Positions 37,464-47,353 are shown, counted from the stretch's first letter. The stretch: DNA of 64,000 nt from an uncultured Sphaerobacteraceae bacterium (GCA_964526965.1 CAZGML010000005.1:8973-72972), one strand, 5' to 3'. The notes: generated from the sequence alone by a model not told the origin. Program-made: numbers and translations.

Positions 37464-38468
37464 TTACTGCTGCTGTGTTCCGCACTGGGGACAGAACTTT
37501 GCGTTTGCCGGAATCTGCGCACCGCATTCGGTGCAGAACTTGGTGTCTCCAGCCGCACCACCGGCATTGCCCTGTTGTTGCTGTGGCTGTTGCTGGTTCT
37601 GTTGGTTGCCACCACCGCTAAAGGCGTCGCGGAAGGCGCCAGACATCGCACCAGCCATTCCAAGACCGGCTCCCATGCCCATACCCATACCGGCACCTTC
37701 GCCGGCTGTACCGGGATTATTGGCGGCATCGGCGATGCCTTGTGCGGTCTTGAACTTGAGGTATTCGTCCATATTGCCGATTGCGCCCATACCGGACCGC
37801 TGGTCGATCATCGCCTGGACTTCTTCAGGCGGGGTGATTGCCTGGATTTGGAAGCTCGTAAGCTCGAAGCCGTAGCGGGCGAAATCATCCGCTAACTCAG
37901 CCCTGGTGGCATCGCTCATTTCACGTGTCATGCGTGCGAGGTCGAGCAATGAAGTTTGAACATCCGCGAGAATGTCAGTGAAATCCTGAATGATGACACT
38001 GCGCAGGAAATCCTCAATCTGGCTGGTGGTATAGCTGCCACGGGCGCCGACGATCTGATTCACGAGCAACTGCGGATCCTTCACTCGCATTGAGTAGGTT
38101 CCAAACGCGCGAAGTCGCACCATGCCCAGGTCCGTATCCCGGAACGTGATTGGCTGCGTTGAGCCCCATTTCATGTTGGTGAACTCGCGCATGTTGATGA
38201 AATAGACCTCGGCCGTAAACGGTGAATCTCCACCGAAGGCCGCACCGATCAACCCACCCAGCAAGGGGATATTGTTCGTGCTGAGTGTGTGGCGGCCTGG
38301 ACCGAACATGTCCAGCGCCTTGCCATCTCGCATGAACACCGCGCGCTGGCTTTCCCGCACGACGAGTTGGGAGCCGAGGCGAAACTCGCCAGCGCCGTGT
38401 TCCGGCACGCGGCGGACGATATCGTTTGATCCCTCATCGGTATATTGAACCAGATCAAGAATGGCCAT
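37464..38468 (-). CDS. SPFH/band-7-like protein with a Gln-rich linker and C-terminal zinc ribbon (YdjI/COG4260-like)
   Basis: The 334-aa product contains GSQLVVRESQRAVFMRDGKALDMFGPGRHTLSTNNIPLLG. The C-terminus reads QQNQQQPQQQQGNAGGAAGDTKFCTECGAQIPANAKFCPQCG. Confidence 0.7.
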   Translation of the reverse strand: MAILDLVQYTDEGSNDIVRRVPEHGAGEFRLGSQLVVRESQRAVFMRDGKALDMFGPGRHTLSTNNIPLLGGLIGAAFGGDSPFTAEVYFINMREFTNMKWGSTQPITFRDTDLGMVRLRAFGTYSMRVKDPQLLVNQIVGARGSYTTSQIEDFLRSVIIQDFTDILADVQTSLLDLARMTREMSDATRAELADDFARYGFELTSFQIQAITPPEEVQAMIDQRSGMGAIGNMDEYLKFKTAQGIADAANNPGTAGEGAGMGMGMGAGLGMAGAMSGAFRDAFSGGGNQQNQQQPQQQQGNAGGAAGDTKFCTECGAQIPANAKFCPQCGTQQQ

Positions 38469-38512
38469 TATTGCCCCTTCTGCTCTCGGCTCCCTGGGAG
38501 AGCCACACCAAT

Positions 38513-39277
38513 CTATGAGTTCTGATCGTCGGTAACGATCTCACCTTGATGAACCTGACTCTCAGCGGATGAGCCGAGATCAGTCGTAGTGGCATCCTCT
38601 CCAGATTCGAGATAGCCGCTGTGGCCGCTCTTGAGCGCCTCAAGTTCCTTCTCGATATCGATGTCGTAATCGAGCTCGCGGAACTGTTCATCGTAGGAGT
38701 CTGACTGCATTTCGCCGATCGCAAGGGCTTCAGCCTCGGTCGCGCGGATACGGCGCTCCATGCGTTCCAGTTCATCGCTGGCATCCAGGGGCGTTAGCGA
38801 GACGTTGCTCGCCATCTGCGAAACCTGCTTGGTGGCCTGCGCACGCTTCTGGCGGGCAATCATGGAATCACGCTGGCTCAGTGTTTGCTGGTACTTGCTC
38901 TCCAGCTGGCGAAGTTGGTCCTTCAGGCGAGAGACAGTCTGAACCTGGATTTCATGCTGCTTGGCGTAAACAGCTGCATTTTCGTCCTGGTCGCGTTTGC
39001 GGCGCAGTGCCTCGCGTGCGAGGTCATCCTTGCCGGCGTCTACAGCGCGTTTGGCCTTGGCAGCCCACTCGGTGGCAAGCTGTTTGGTCTCGTCGAGGTC
39101 GGCTTCCAACTCTTTCTCTTGCGCAATCATTGATGCGACTTGAGAACGAGCGGTGCGAATGTTGGAATCCATATCCCGAAGGATCTGGTCGATCATCTTT
39201 TCAGGATCTTCTGCGCGATCCAGTACATCGTTGATATTGGCTCGAATCAGTCGGGACATGCGATCTAAAATACCCAT
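38513..39277 (-). CDS. pspA: PspA/IM30-family phage-shock protein A
   Basis: The product begins MGILDRMSRLIRANINDVLDRAEDPEKMIDQILRDM and has a long coiled-coil. Confidence 0.9.
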   Translation of the reverse strand: MGILDRMSRLIRANINDVLDRAEDPEKMIDQILRDMDSNIRTARSQVASMIAQEKELEADLDETKQLATEWAAKAKRAVDAGKDDLAREALRRKRDQDENAAVYAKQHEIQVQTVSRLKDQLRQLESKYQQTLSQRDSMIARQKRAQATKQVSQMASNVSLTPLDASDELERMERRIRATEAEALAIGEMQSDSYDEQFRELDYDIDIEKELEALKSGHSGYLESGEDATTTDLGSSAESQVHQGEIVTDDQNS

Positions 39278-39304
39278 TATGTTTCCTCCGATTGTGACAT
39301 CACG

Positions 39305-40258
39305 TCAGGCGACGCCGTAAACTTCGATATCCTTGTCCACAAGCGTGGTACCTGAGAACTGCTTAATGGTATCGCCGAAAGCCAGGGTAAGCTCCACCCG
39401 GTTATCCCCCAAATCTCGGTACGCATAGCGGGCAGGAACGCCATCTTCCTGACCCTGGCTGGTATCGATACTCGCAGTGCCATGCACCATGGTCTGGAAA
39501 CCACCGTCGCTTGAGGACTGCTCGGTGAGGTGCGCAGAATTCATGCCGGTAACAGAAGAGCCCAACAACCAGGTGGCGCCTTCCTGTTCTGCGGTCACGC
39601 GGGCAAGCAGCAGGTTTCCGTCATCAGTCTTCAGCGAGATAATGCCGTTGGCGATGTAGTTGTCTCCCAACACGCTTAGCGCATCGCCTTTTTTGAGTTG
39701 CAACAAGGGAGATGGTTCGACCGGTTCCGGCAAAGCCAGCAACTGCAAAGCCTGTTCATCTGCGGTTGGTTCACCGTTTTGCACAACCGTCCCGCGGCTA
39801 TCGAAGAGCGTGGACAGCCTGTTGATTTCATCCAGCATCCGGGTACGAGCATCATTGTCTGGCGGCGTGGAGGACGTGAGCTTCTTCACTTCTGCTGCAA
39901 GGGCGTCGACTTCGCGGAGCAGGGCAGAGTCGAACAGTCGGAGTTGCTCAAGCGCGGATTCGTCGATGCTGTTGTCCGTGAAGATGCCGCCGTAGCCGTA
40001 AGATGCAGTTCGAACCCGATCGGCCAACAGTCGGATCTGACCAATGGCCGGCTCGATTGCAGCAAGGGATTCGAAATCCCGCGCCTTGCTCAACTCCGCG
40101 TTGTAACGCGTGAGCGTATCCACCTGCGATACCAGCGCGTTAGCTACAGATTCGCGCACTTGCTTGTCGGCATCGCGCCGGGTCTCCTTGTCCTTATATC
40201 CCTTGTATCCGGGGATTTTATTGAGGCCACTTTGAATGAAGTTTTCAACGCTGGACAT
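39305..40258 (-). CDS. Psp-associated protein: helical N-domain plus a DUF4178-like beta-rich C-domain (YdjH-like)
   Basis: The 317-aa product has a C-terminal half reading LKKGDALSVLGDNYIANGIISLKTDDGNLLLARV...YAYRDLGDNRVELTLAFGD, which resembles DUF4178 as I recall it. Confidence 0.5.
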   Translation of the reverse strand: MSSVENFIQSGLNKIPGYKGYKDKETRRDADKQVRESVANALVSQVDTLTRYNAELSKARDFESLAAIEPAIGQIRLLADRVRTASYGYGGIFTDNSIDESALEQLRLFDSALLREVDALAAEVKKLTSSTPPDNDARTRMLDEINRLSTLFDSRGTVVQNGEPTADEQALQLLALPEPVEPSPLLQLKKGDALSVLGDNYIANGIISLKTDDGNLLLARVTAEQEGATWLLGSSVTGMNSAHLTEQSSSDGGFQTMVHGTASIDTSQGQEDGVPARYAYRDLGDNRVELTLAFGDTIKQFSGTTLVDKDIEVYGVA

Positions 40259-40290
40259 GGCGATAACGTCCTTTCCGAATGAGACGGTTC

Positions 40291-40812
40291 TTACAAGAAG
40301 ATTTCAGATCCACAGTAGGGGCACTTGATGACCCCTTTACCAGCGAGTTCAAGTTGCCCGCCGCAGTTTGGGCAGTTCGATTGTGCCTGTAGTGCCGTTG
40401 CATCTACGGAGTAGAGTACGCCGCGGTCCCAATCCACATAGCCGGAGAAGAGCCCTCGTCCGACCAGGTCATAAATGTCGTTACGGACCTTGTCCGTCGT
40501 GGCGTTAAGCTCGAGCACGAGGTCAGAAATCGCAACCTGGCCACGTGTTTTGACCATATCGAGGAGCTTGCGCTGTTCGCGCACATGGGCAAGGTTTCGT
40601 TCTTCCTCACTGCCTTTCCTGTACAGAAAAACTCCTGCGCCCAGAAGGGGGAGAATGAGTACGCCCCCGAAGAGGGCAGCACCGAAGGCGGCACCGGAAG
40701 CGTTGATTGTTCCTTCCTGGTTTCCGAAGAAGAGCCACAGTCCCAGCGCAATAGCGAGGACAACTCCAGCCACCGTGAGTATGAGCCCAACGGTTTTGCC
40801 ACGAGAGTGCAC
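40291..40812 (-). CDS. Two-TM protein with a cytoplasmic helical/wHTH-like domain and C-terminal zinc ribbon (YdjG-like role)
   Basis: The 173-aa product has TM segments VGLILTVAGVVLAIALGLWLFF and AALFGGVLILPLLGAGVFLY. The C-terminus reads CPNCGGQLELAGKGVIKCPYCGSEIF. Confidence 0.5.
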   Translation of the reverse strand: MHSRGKTVGLILTVAGVVLAIALGLWLFFGNQEGTINASGAAFGAALFGGVLILPLLGAGVFLYRKGSEEERNLAHVREQRKLLDMVKTRGQVAISDLVLELNATTDKVRNDIYDLVGRGLFSGYVDWDRGVLYSVDATALQAQSNCPNCGGQLELAGKGVIKCPYCGSEIFL

Positions 40813-40840
40813 ACCTTGCTCCTTTGCCCCGATTGCGGGG

Positions 40841-41956
40841 TCACTTCAAGAGGTAATCTTCCAGAATTATACGCGTTTTATGTGCGGTTTGTTCCCAGGT
40901 GAATTTTTCGGCGTGCGCCTGTCCCTGTCTGATTAGCTGATCCCGCGTATCCGACTTGGTGATGAGCAACGTAATCGCATCTGCCAGCGCGGCTTGGTCG
41001 TCGTGCATGAACTGGATGGTGGCATCTCCTCCGATCTCATCCAGGGAACTGCCGTGAGCAGCAACCACGGGCGTTCCGCTGGCCATGGCTTCCAGTACCG
41101 GCATGCCAAAGCCCTCGAATTTCGATGGCTGAGCAAACACGGTTGCATTTCGATACAGTGCAGGTAAATCGGCGGATGGCACGTAATCCAGAATCTTGAG
41201 GTGGTCGCCGAGCCCGGCCTGGTTGAGTTGCCCGATCACGTCGTCATACATCCACCCCTTGCGACCGGCTACGACCAGATCGATATCGTGTTCTTGCAGC
41301 ACATCACTTACCGCCTTCGCTAGCACGCTAAGGTTTTTGCGCGGTTGAATGGTTCCTACCGCCAAAACATATGGACGGCGCAGGTCGTACTGGTGCCGAA
41401 GCTCACCATCGGTCTCATCTTTTCGTGCGGTCATGGCTGGGTTGATTCCATGGTGCACGACGCCGATCTTCTGCTCAGGGGTGTTGTAGAAGTTCACGAG
41501 GTCATCCGCCGTTTGCCTGCTGGGAACGATGATGTGGCGCGCGGTTTTGGCGCTCCAACGTGTTGTCAGGTCCAGCATGCGGCGCTGGCCGGGCGGATGC
41601 GCTTCTGGCCAGTGGAGATAGCCAAGATCATGAATGGTGACGACCGTAGGCGGATGATAGAGAGGCACCACATGTGCCGGCACAAAAAGTCCGGTAACAC
41701 GATTAGCCATTAACTCCCGCGAGAGTCGCCAGTGTGTCCAGAGTCGGCGGCCTGGAATGTCTCGAATTTCAACGCTGCTGGATTCATCTACCCCAAGGTC
41801 GCCGGCATTGCCGTTGACATACAGACGCCAGCCGTAGTCGACGGGTTGGCTCACCAGGGCACGGATGAGCTCTGCTGAGTAGTTCTCCGTGCCCGTGCGA
41901 ATCCGGCCCACCGCGCGGCTGGCGTCGAGGCCGATTATTTGATCTGGCCCAGGCAC
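40841..41956 (-). CDS. GT-B fold glycosyltransferase (family 4-like)
   Basis: The 371-aa product contains PSKFEGFGMPVLEAMASGTPVVA. Confidence 0.82.
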   Translation of the reverse strand: MPGPDQIIGLDASRAVGRIRTGTENYSAELIRALVSQPVDYGWRLYVNGNAGDLGVDESSSVEIRDIPGRRLWTHWRLSRELMANRVTGLFVPAHVVPLYHPPTVVTIHDLGYLHWPEAHPPGQRRMLDLTTRWSAKTARHIIVPSRQTADDLVNFYNTPEQKIGVVHHGINPAMTARKDETDGELRHQYDLRRPYVLAVGTIQPRKNLSVLAKAVSDVLQEHDIDLVVAGRKGWMYDDVIGQLNQAGLGDHLKILDYVPSADLPALYRNATVFAQPSKFEGFGMPVLEAMASGTPVVAAHGSSLDEIGGDATIQFMHDDQAALADAITLLITKSDTRDQLIRQGQAHAEKFTWEQTAHKTRIILEDYLLK

Positions 41957-41959
41957 GAA

Positions 41960-42415
41960 TTAATCGGCCATTGGGCTGGGAACGAGAGCGAACATCAGCT
42001 CGCCCCTGCATGCAAGTTCGCCATCGACGGTTGCAGTGGCCGTGCAGGTGCCAACTCCACGGCGAAACTGACCAAGCTCCACAGTCATCAGAAGCTGGTC
42101 GCCTGGCTTCACCTGGCGCTTGAAGCGGACTTTGTCGATGCCGGCGAACATGGCGAGTTTGTCCTTGTATTCGTCAAGAACCATCAACGCAACGCCGCCG
42201 GTCTGCGCCATTGCTTCAACAATCAGCACTCCTGGCATGACAGGGTATTCGGGGAAATGTCCCTGGAAGAAGGGCTCGTTCGCCGTCACGTTCTTCACCC
42301 CCACTGACTTTTCGCCCGGTTCCAGTTCGATAATCCGGTCCACCAGCAGGAACGGATAGCGGTGGGGGAGCAGTTCGCGAATGGCGAGACTGTCCATTGG
42401 CAGGGTGATTTCCAT
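41960..42415 (-). CDS. fabZ: 3-hydroxyacyl-ACP dehydratase
   Basis: The product contains [13 protein letters not shown] and [16 protein letters not shown]. Confidence 0.94.
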   Translation of the reverse strand: MEITLPMDSLAIRELLPHRYPFLLVDRIIELEPGEKSVGVKNVTANEPFFQGHFPEYPVMPGVLIVEAMAQTGGVALMVLDEYKDKLAMFAGIDKVRFKRQVKPGDQLLMTVELGQFRRGVGTCTATATVDGELACRGELMFALVPSPMAD

Positions 42416-42494
42416 AGTTGATTTTTCCTCTCAGAACTGCGGGTACCATAGGTAAATGTACGAGCAGTCTACGGAGTATCACTGGAGCCCGTCA

Positions 42495-43508
42495 ATGAAG
42501 CGCACGACAGGAAAGCTGGCCGTTATAGGTTCTGGGGCGTGGGGAACCACCCTCGCGCTCGTGGCGAACAGGGCTGGCACCGATACCACCCTTGTGGTTC
42601 GAAATGATGAGGTTTTCGCTTCGATGCGCGACGCTCGAGTGCACCCGCACTCGTTGCCAGGCATCGAAATACCGCGAGAGATCACCCTTTCACAGGATGT
42701 AACGAGCGCGATAGATGGGGCGGATGCGGTACTTTTCGTGGTGCCCACACAAAAACTGCGTGGAGCCATTGAGCCGATCGCGACCCGGCTCCGGGGCAAG
42801 ATCGTGAACACTGCCTCGAAGGGGATCGAGATCGGGACGTCGATGTTGCCGAGCCAGATTCTTGAAGATGTCATAGGCACCTTTGCTGATACACCGATTG
42901 CCGTGCTTTCCGGTCCGAACCTGGCCGGGGAGATCGCTGTCGGCAAGCCCGGCACTACGGTCATTGCCAGCGAAAATCTGGATGTAGCAGATGCCATGCA
43001 ATCGATGATGATGGGGGAGATGTTCCGCGTCTACACGGCTTCGGATGTGATCGGTGTGCAGTTTGGCGGGGCGCTGAAGAATATCATCGCGATTGGCGCC
43101 GGTATCGGCGACGGACTTGACGCTGGGGACAACGCCAAGGCTGCGTTTATGACGCGCGGGATCGCTGAAATCACCCGACTCGGCACGCATTTCGGTGCCG
43201 ATGCCCTCACGTTCGCCGGCCTCAGCGGGATTGGTGACCTTATTTGCACCTGCTCCAGCACCCTTTCGCGTAACCATCGGGTGGGTGCCGGGATTGCTGC
43301 CGGTAAATCGCTGGACGAAATTATTTCATCAATGTCCGAGGTTGCCGAGGGTGTGGATACCACGCGGGCAACGGTCGAGATGGCACGACATCACGGCATC
43401 GAGATGCCGATTGCCACCGAGATGAGCAAGGTACTGTTTGAAGGAAAGTCGCCGATGGAAGCGGTTCGCGAGCTTATGGTCCGCGAACCGCGGCGGGAGA
43501 AGGTCTAG
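42495..43508 (+). CDS. gpsA: NAD(P)H-dependent glycerol-3-phosphate dehydrogenase
   Basis: The product contains KLAVIGSGAWGTTLA and GALKNIIAIGAGI. The ATG at 42495 follows GGAG. Confidence 0.92.
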   Translation: MKRTTGKLAVIGSGAWGTTLALVANRAGTDTTLVVRNDEVFASMRDARVHPHSLPGIEIPREITLSQDVTSAIDGADAVLFVVPTQKLRGAIEPIATRLRGKIVNTASKGIEIGTSMLPSQILEDVIGTFADTPIAVLSGPNLAGEIAVGKPGTTVIASENLDVADAMQSMMMGEMFRVYTASDVIGVQFGGALKNIIAIGAGIGDGLDAGDNAKAAFMTRGIAEITRLGTHFGADALTFAGLSGIGDLICTCSSTLSRNHRVGAGIAAGKSLDEIISSMSEVAEGVDTTRATVEMARHHGIEMPIATEMSKVLFEGKSPMEAVRELMVREPRREKV

Positions 43509-44776
43509 CGTGAAATCAACTGTTCGCGCGCTGGTCCAACTCCGACATACTTAACCGGTGCCCCGATCTGTTCCTGGATCACGCTGATGTACTGAAGCGC
43601 TTGGGATGGAAGTTGGTCGAATGCGCGCATACTGGTAGTGTCTTCTTGCCAACCTTCAATCTCTTGCCAGGATGGCGTGACACCGGCCAGGTTGTCTAGC
43701 TGGGCAGGAACGTGTGTGAGTTGACGTCCATCGACATCATAATCGGTGCAGACCTTTACGGATTCAAACGTATCAAGAACATCGACCAGGGTAAGCGCGA
43801 CTTCGGTAACGCCATTGAGGCGTCCGGTTTGGCGAGCAGCCACGCCATCAAACCAACCGGTGCGACGTGGTCGGCCGGTGGTGGTACCGAACTCGTTGCC
43901 TCGTTGGCGGATTTCCTCGCCAACATCGTCTGTCAGTTCCGTCGGCATGGGGCCGGCCCCCACCCGGGTGCTGTACGCCTTGTACACACCGAGCACTCGC
44001 TCCACCTGCGTGGGAGCGATGCCAGCACCCTGGCAGGCACCAGCAGCCGTGGGCGATGAGCTTGTGACATACGGGTAGGTTCCGTAATCAATATCGAGCA
44101 TTGATCCCTGGGCGCACTCCACGAGCACGTTCTCACCTTTTTGCAGCGCGTCCTGCACCAACACTTCGGTCGGTGTTATCTGCGACCGGAGGTGCTCCGA
44201 CCATTCCAGCAGGTTCTGGTAGAGGCTATCGAACTCGATTTCCTCAGCGCCGAAGACATTTGAGAAGATCGCATTTTTGCTATCGACTTCGATAGCCAGC
44301 TTGCGACGGAGTATCTCTGGATCCAGCAAGTCGCATACACGAATGCCGTGCCGACTGACCTTGTCCGCATAGGCCGGTCCATTGCCACGCAGGGTGGTGC
44401 CGATCTCGTCGCTCTGGCGACGTTGCTCTTCCAGTTGATCGAGTTTGGCGTGATAGGGGAGTACCAAATGTGCGCGATCTGAAATTTGCAGGCGGCTCGT
44501 ATCAATGCCGCGAGCGTTGAGGTCTCGCAACTCGGTGGACAGCGTCTCCAGGTCGATCACGACTCCCGCGCCGATTACGCAAGTGACATCTTCATTGAGA
44601 ATGCCCGACGGAATGAGATGGAGCTGAAATGTGCCCTCATCAGTCTTTACAGTATGACCAGCATTGCTGCCGCCATTTGCGCGTACAACCATACTCGCTT
44701 GCGAAGCGAGGGCATCCGTAAGTTTGCCCTTGCCTTCATCGCCCCACTGTCCACCCATAATGACTGTTGCTGGCAT
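43505..44776 (-). CDS. purA: Adenylosuccinate synthetase
   Basis: The product contains GGQWGDEGKGK and GSNAGHTV. Confidence 0.96.
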   Translation of the reverse strand: MPATVIMGGQWGDEGKGKLTDALASQASMVVRANGGSNAGHTVKTDEGTFQLHLIPSGILNEDVTCVIGAGVVIDLETLSTELRDLNARGIDTSRLQISDRAHLVLPYHAKLDQLEEQRRQSDEIGTTLRGNGPAYADKVSRHGIRVCDLLDPEILRRKLAIEVDSKNAIFSNVFGAEEIEFDSLYQNLLEWSEHLRSQITPTEVLVQDALQKGENVLVECAQGSMLDIDYGTYPYVTSSSPTAAGACQGAGIAPTQVERVLGVYKAYSTRVGAGPMPTELTDDVGEEIRQRGNEFGTTTGRPRRTGWFDGVAARQTGRLNGVTEVALTLVDVLDTFESVKVCTDYDVDGRQLTHVPAQLDNLAGVTPSWQEIEGWQEDTTSMRAFDQLPSQALQYISVIQEQIGAPVKYVGVGPAREQLISR

Positions 44777-44836
44777 TTCAGCCTCTCTGTACCGCAGTTC
44801 AAATGCACAATTGCAATTCCGAAATGATTGCCAGCG

Positions 44837-45925
44837 CTATTGTCGCATGTCGCGAAGTTCCGCGAAGCGTCGCTTCTCTTCTTCAGACAAACCGGTTGGC
44901 AATGTGACCTGGATGGTCACAAGCATATCGCCCGCTGTTGACTTGCCCTGCGCCGGCATTCCCTTACCACGCAGGCGGAAGACATCACCGTTTTGGGTGC
45001 CTTCAGGAATGCGCAACGCAACGCGTCCGCTCAGGGTAGGTACGATCGTCTCGCCACCGAGCAGGGCGGTGAAGAGCGGAACCTCGACCTTCGTGCGAAT
45101 GTTGCGACCGTCCATTTCGAATCGGGGATCAGGGATCACATTGATGAGCAGGTACACGTCCCCGTTCGGTCCACCGTTTACACCGGGTCCACCCTGACCG
45201 GAGATCCGTACGCGTGATCCTGTTTTGACCCCGCGTGGAATCCGTACTTCCAGGGTTTTTGTATGGCTCACCTGGCCGGTTCCATTACACGTCGGGCACG
45301 GGGCACCTCGTGCCATTCCGGTACCGTTACACGTTCCGCAGATTTCCGGTGAATTGACGGTCATGCGGCGATTGGTGCCCTCGAAGGCTTCCTGGATCGT
45401 GATGTCGGTGTGGACTTCCAGATCCTCACCGCGAGCCGGGCGACTCGTGCGTGTGGATGCACGGCCGCCTCGACCATCGTTGCCGAAGAGCAGGTTGAAG
45501 AAATCGGAGAATCGACCGCCTTCTTCGCGGAATCCGCCGCTTTCTGTCCACTCCCAGCTACCAGAAGGTGCGCCGCCACCCGTAAACCATCGTTCGAAGT
45601 CTTCATCGGATGAGGTTGCGTTGGTGCGATAGGTGGTACGGCCAGTGCCCCGGTTGAACGACATGTCGTCCGGATCAACTCCGGCATCGCGGTATCGTTG
45701 CCAGTCCTCTCCGAAACGGTCATACATTTTGCGCTTTTCAGCATCGGCGAGAACTTCGTACGCTTCGTTAACTTCCTTGAATTTGTCCTCGGCTGCGGGA
45801 TCATTGGGATTGGCGTCTGGATGGAACTCGCGAGCCTTGGTTCGGAAAGCAGATTTGATTTCAGTTTCAGATGCAGTGCGAGGAATTCCCAGCACCGCGT
45901 AATAGTCTTTGAATGCTACTGGCAT
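44837..45925 (-). CDS. DnaJ-class co-chaperone with a J domain, G-rich linker and only two CxxCxGxG motifs
   Basis: The product contains [31 protein letters not shown]. The Zn region is [24 protein letters not shown], and C-terminal substrate-binding domains are present. Confidence 0.85.
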   Translation of the reverse strand: MPVAFKDYYAVLGIPRTASETEIKSAFRTKAREFHPDANPNDPAAEDKFKEVNEAYEVLADAEKRKMYDRFGEDWQRYRDAGVDPDDMSFNRGTGRTTYRTNATSSDEDFERWFTGGGAPSGSWEWTESGGFREEGGRFSDFFNLLFGNDGRGGRASTRTSRPARGEDLEVHTDITIQEAFEGTNRRMTVNSPEICGTCNGTGMARGAPCPTCNGTGQVSHTKTLEVRIPRGVKTGSRVRISGQGGPGVNGGPNGDVYLLINVIPDPRFEMDGRNIRTKVEVPLFTALLGGETIVPTLSGRVALRIPEGTQNGDVFRLRGKGMPAQGKSTAGDMLVTIQVTLPTGLSEEEKRRFAELRDMRQ

Positions 45926-45983
45926 GGTTTCTCCTCAGAACAGGTATCAATAACACTATTCTACGAGGTTGAGTCGTCTTGTG

Positions 45984-46643
45984 TCAACTATCTTCACTTG
46001 GCTGGCTTTGCGCTGCTTCGATCACTGGTTTGAAGGGGCTGATCAGGCGTGAGTCGCCCGTTTGAATGCGTCGATAGCCGCGATTTAGCCACCAGAATCC
46101 GACCGGAGCGACAACAAGCACACCCCACGGCAGGAAGACAGCGATGATGGCAAGGGCCGCTGCGAGAGCATCTTCCATCAGGCTCACAATCGGATTGCCG
46201 AGGCCGCGGGTAGATTCCGTGATTCCAGGCCGGGTGGACGCTTTCATCCAGTGCACGGCGCCACCGATTACCAGGCCAAATATCAGCGCCCATACGATAT
46301 GGATATGATCGTTTTGATGGGCTACCGCCATAAATACCAGCGCCGCCGCTCCGGGTCTCAGTGCGGTGTGGATGAAATCGCTGATGTGGTCGATTCTGGC
46401 AATTTTGTCCGGCACCAGCTCCAGCGGCAAGGCCAGCAGGATCACCAGTAGCCCGAGGTTGGTGGATAGCCAGTCGTAAGGGGTTGGCAAGTTGACGAAG
46501 CCGGTGGTTCGGTCAGCGAGCGCCAGCACCAAAATCGGAAAGTAGGCGTTGAGCCCTGCGCTTGCGGCGAGTCCAGCTCCGGTGAGAAACAGCGTAAACA
46601 TCGGTGGGATGTGCTCCAGGTGAGTAAACGTGGAAAACCACAA
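45984..46643 (-). CDS. DUF4126-like integral membrane protein
   Basis: The 219-aa product starts at a TTG and contains GAGLAASAGLNAYFPILVLALADR. Confidence 0.55.
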   Translation of the reverse strand: MWFSTFTHLEHIPPMFTLFLTGAGLAASAGLNAYFPILVLALADRTTGFVNLPTPYDWLSTNLGLLVILLALPLELVPDKIARIDHISDFIHTALRPGAAALVFMAVAHQNDHIHIVWALIFGLVIGGAVHWMKASTRPGITESTRGLGNPIVSLMEDALAAALAIIAVFLPWGVLVVAPVGFWWLNRGYRRIQTGDSRLISPFKPVIEAAQSQPSEDS

Positions 46644-46644
46644 A

Positions 46645-46680
46645 ATGCGGCAGTGCTCGATTATACGAAAACTGCCGCAT
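46645..46680 (-). terminator. Stem-loop after lexA
   Basis: ATGCGGCAG-18 nt-CTGCCGCAT forms a 9-bp perfect stem and abuts the start of the next gene. Confidence 0.4.
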
Positions 46681-46705
46681 CCTCGCTCTGTGAGGAGAAG
46701 ATCAA

Positions 46706-47353
46706 CTAGTCAATCTGGCGAACAACGCTTACCAGCTTGCCCTGTACACGCACGTTATCGGCTGATGTGTAAATAGGATCCATGGTGACGTTGGCGGGCT
46801 GCAGGCGTACCTGGTCGCCCTCGAGATAGAACTTCTTGAGTGTGGTTTCGCGCTCGGATTCGAGCCAAACTGCCACAGTTTCGCCATTCTCACAGGTGTT
46901 TTGCGCTCGCAGTACAACGATGTCACCATCGTTAATGAGCGCATCAATCATCGAAAGACCCTTGACTCGCAGTGCGAACAGGCCTTCACCGTCGCCCGGG
47001 GCAATACTTGGGCTGACATCGACGGTTCCCAAAATGTCTTCTTCGGAGAATGCTTCTGGTACTTCAATCGGCGAACCGGCCGCGATTTGTCCCACAATAT
47101 TTACCGGTACGGTGGTATTGTTGCGCTGCGGCACGCGGCCAACGAGCTCGATGCCGCGGGAGATGTTGCGGTTGCGGCGGATGAGATCTCGCTCTTCCAG
47201 CACTTTCAGGTTGTAATCCACAACGCTGGTTGACGAGATGTTGAGTTCGTTCTTGATATCCCGGATTGTGGGTGGGTAATCATTCTGGTCAAGAAACGCC
47301 GCGATATAATCGAGAACAGCTTGTTGGCGTTCGGAGAGTTTCTTCATGATCAT
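46706..47353 (-). CDS. lexA: LexA repressor
   Basis: The product contains MIMKKLSERQQAVLDYIAAFLDQNDYPPTIRDIKNEL (wHTH) and the S24 peptidase motif VKGLSMIDALINDGDIVVLR. The upstream 50 codons of the ORF track are treated as non-coding. Confidence 0.93.
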   Translation of the reverse strand: MIMKKLSERQQAVLDYIAAFLDQNDYPPTIRDIKNELNISSTSVVDYNLKVLEERDLIRRNRNISRGIELVGRVPQRNNTTVPVNIVGQIAAGSPIEVPEAFSEEDILGTVDVSPSIAPGDGEGLFALRVKGLSMIDALINDGDIVVLRAQNTCENGETVAVWLESERETTLKKFYLEGDQVRLQPANVTMDPIYTSADNVRVQGKLVSVVRQID

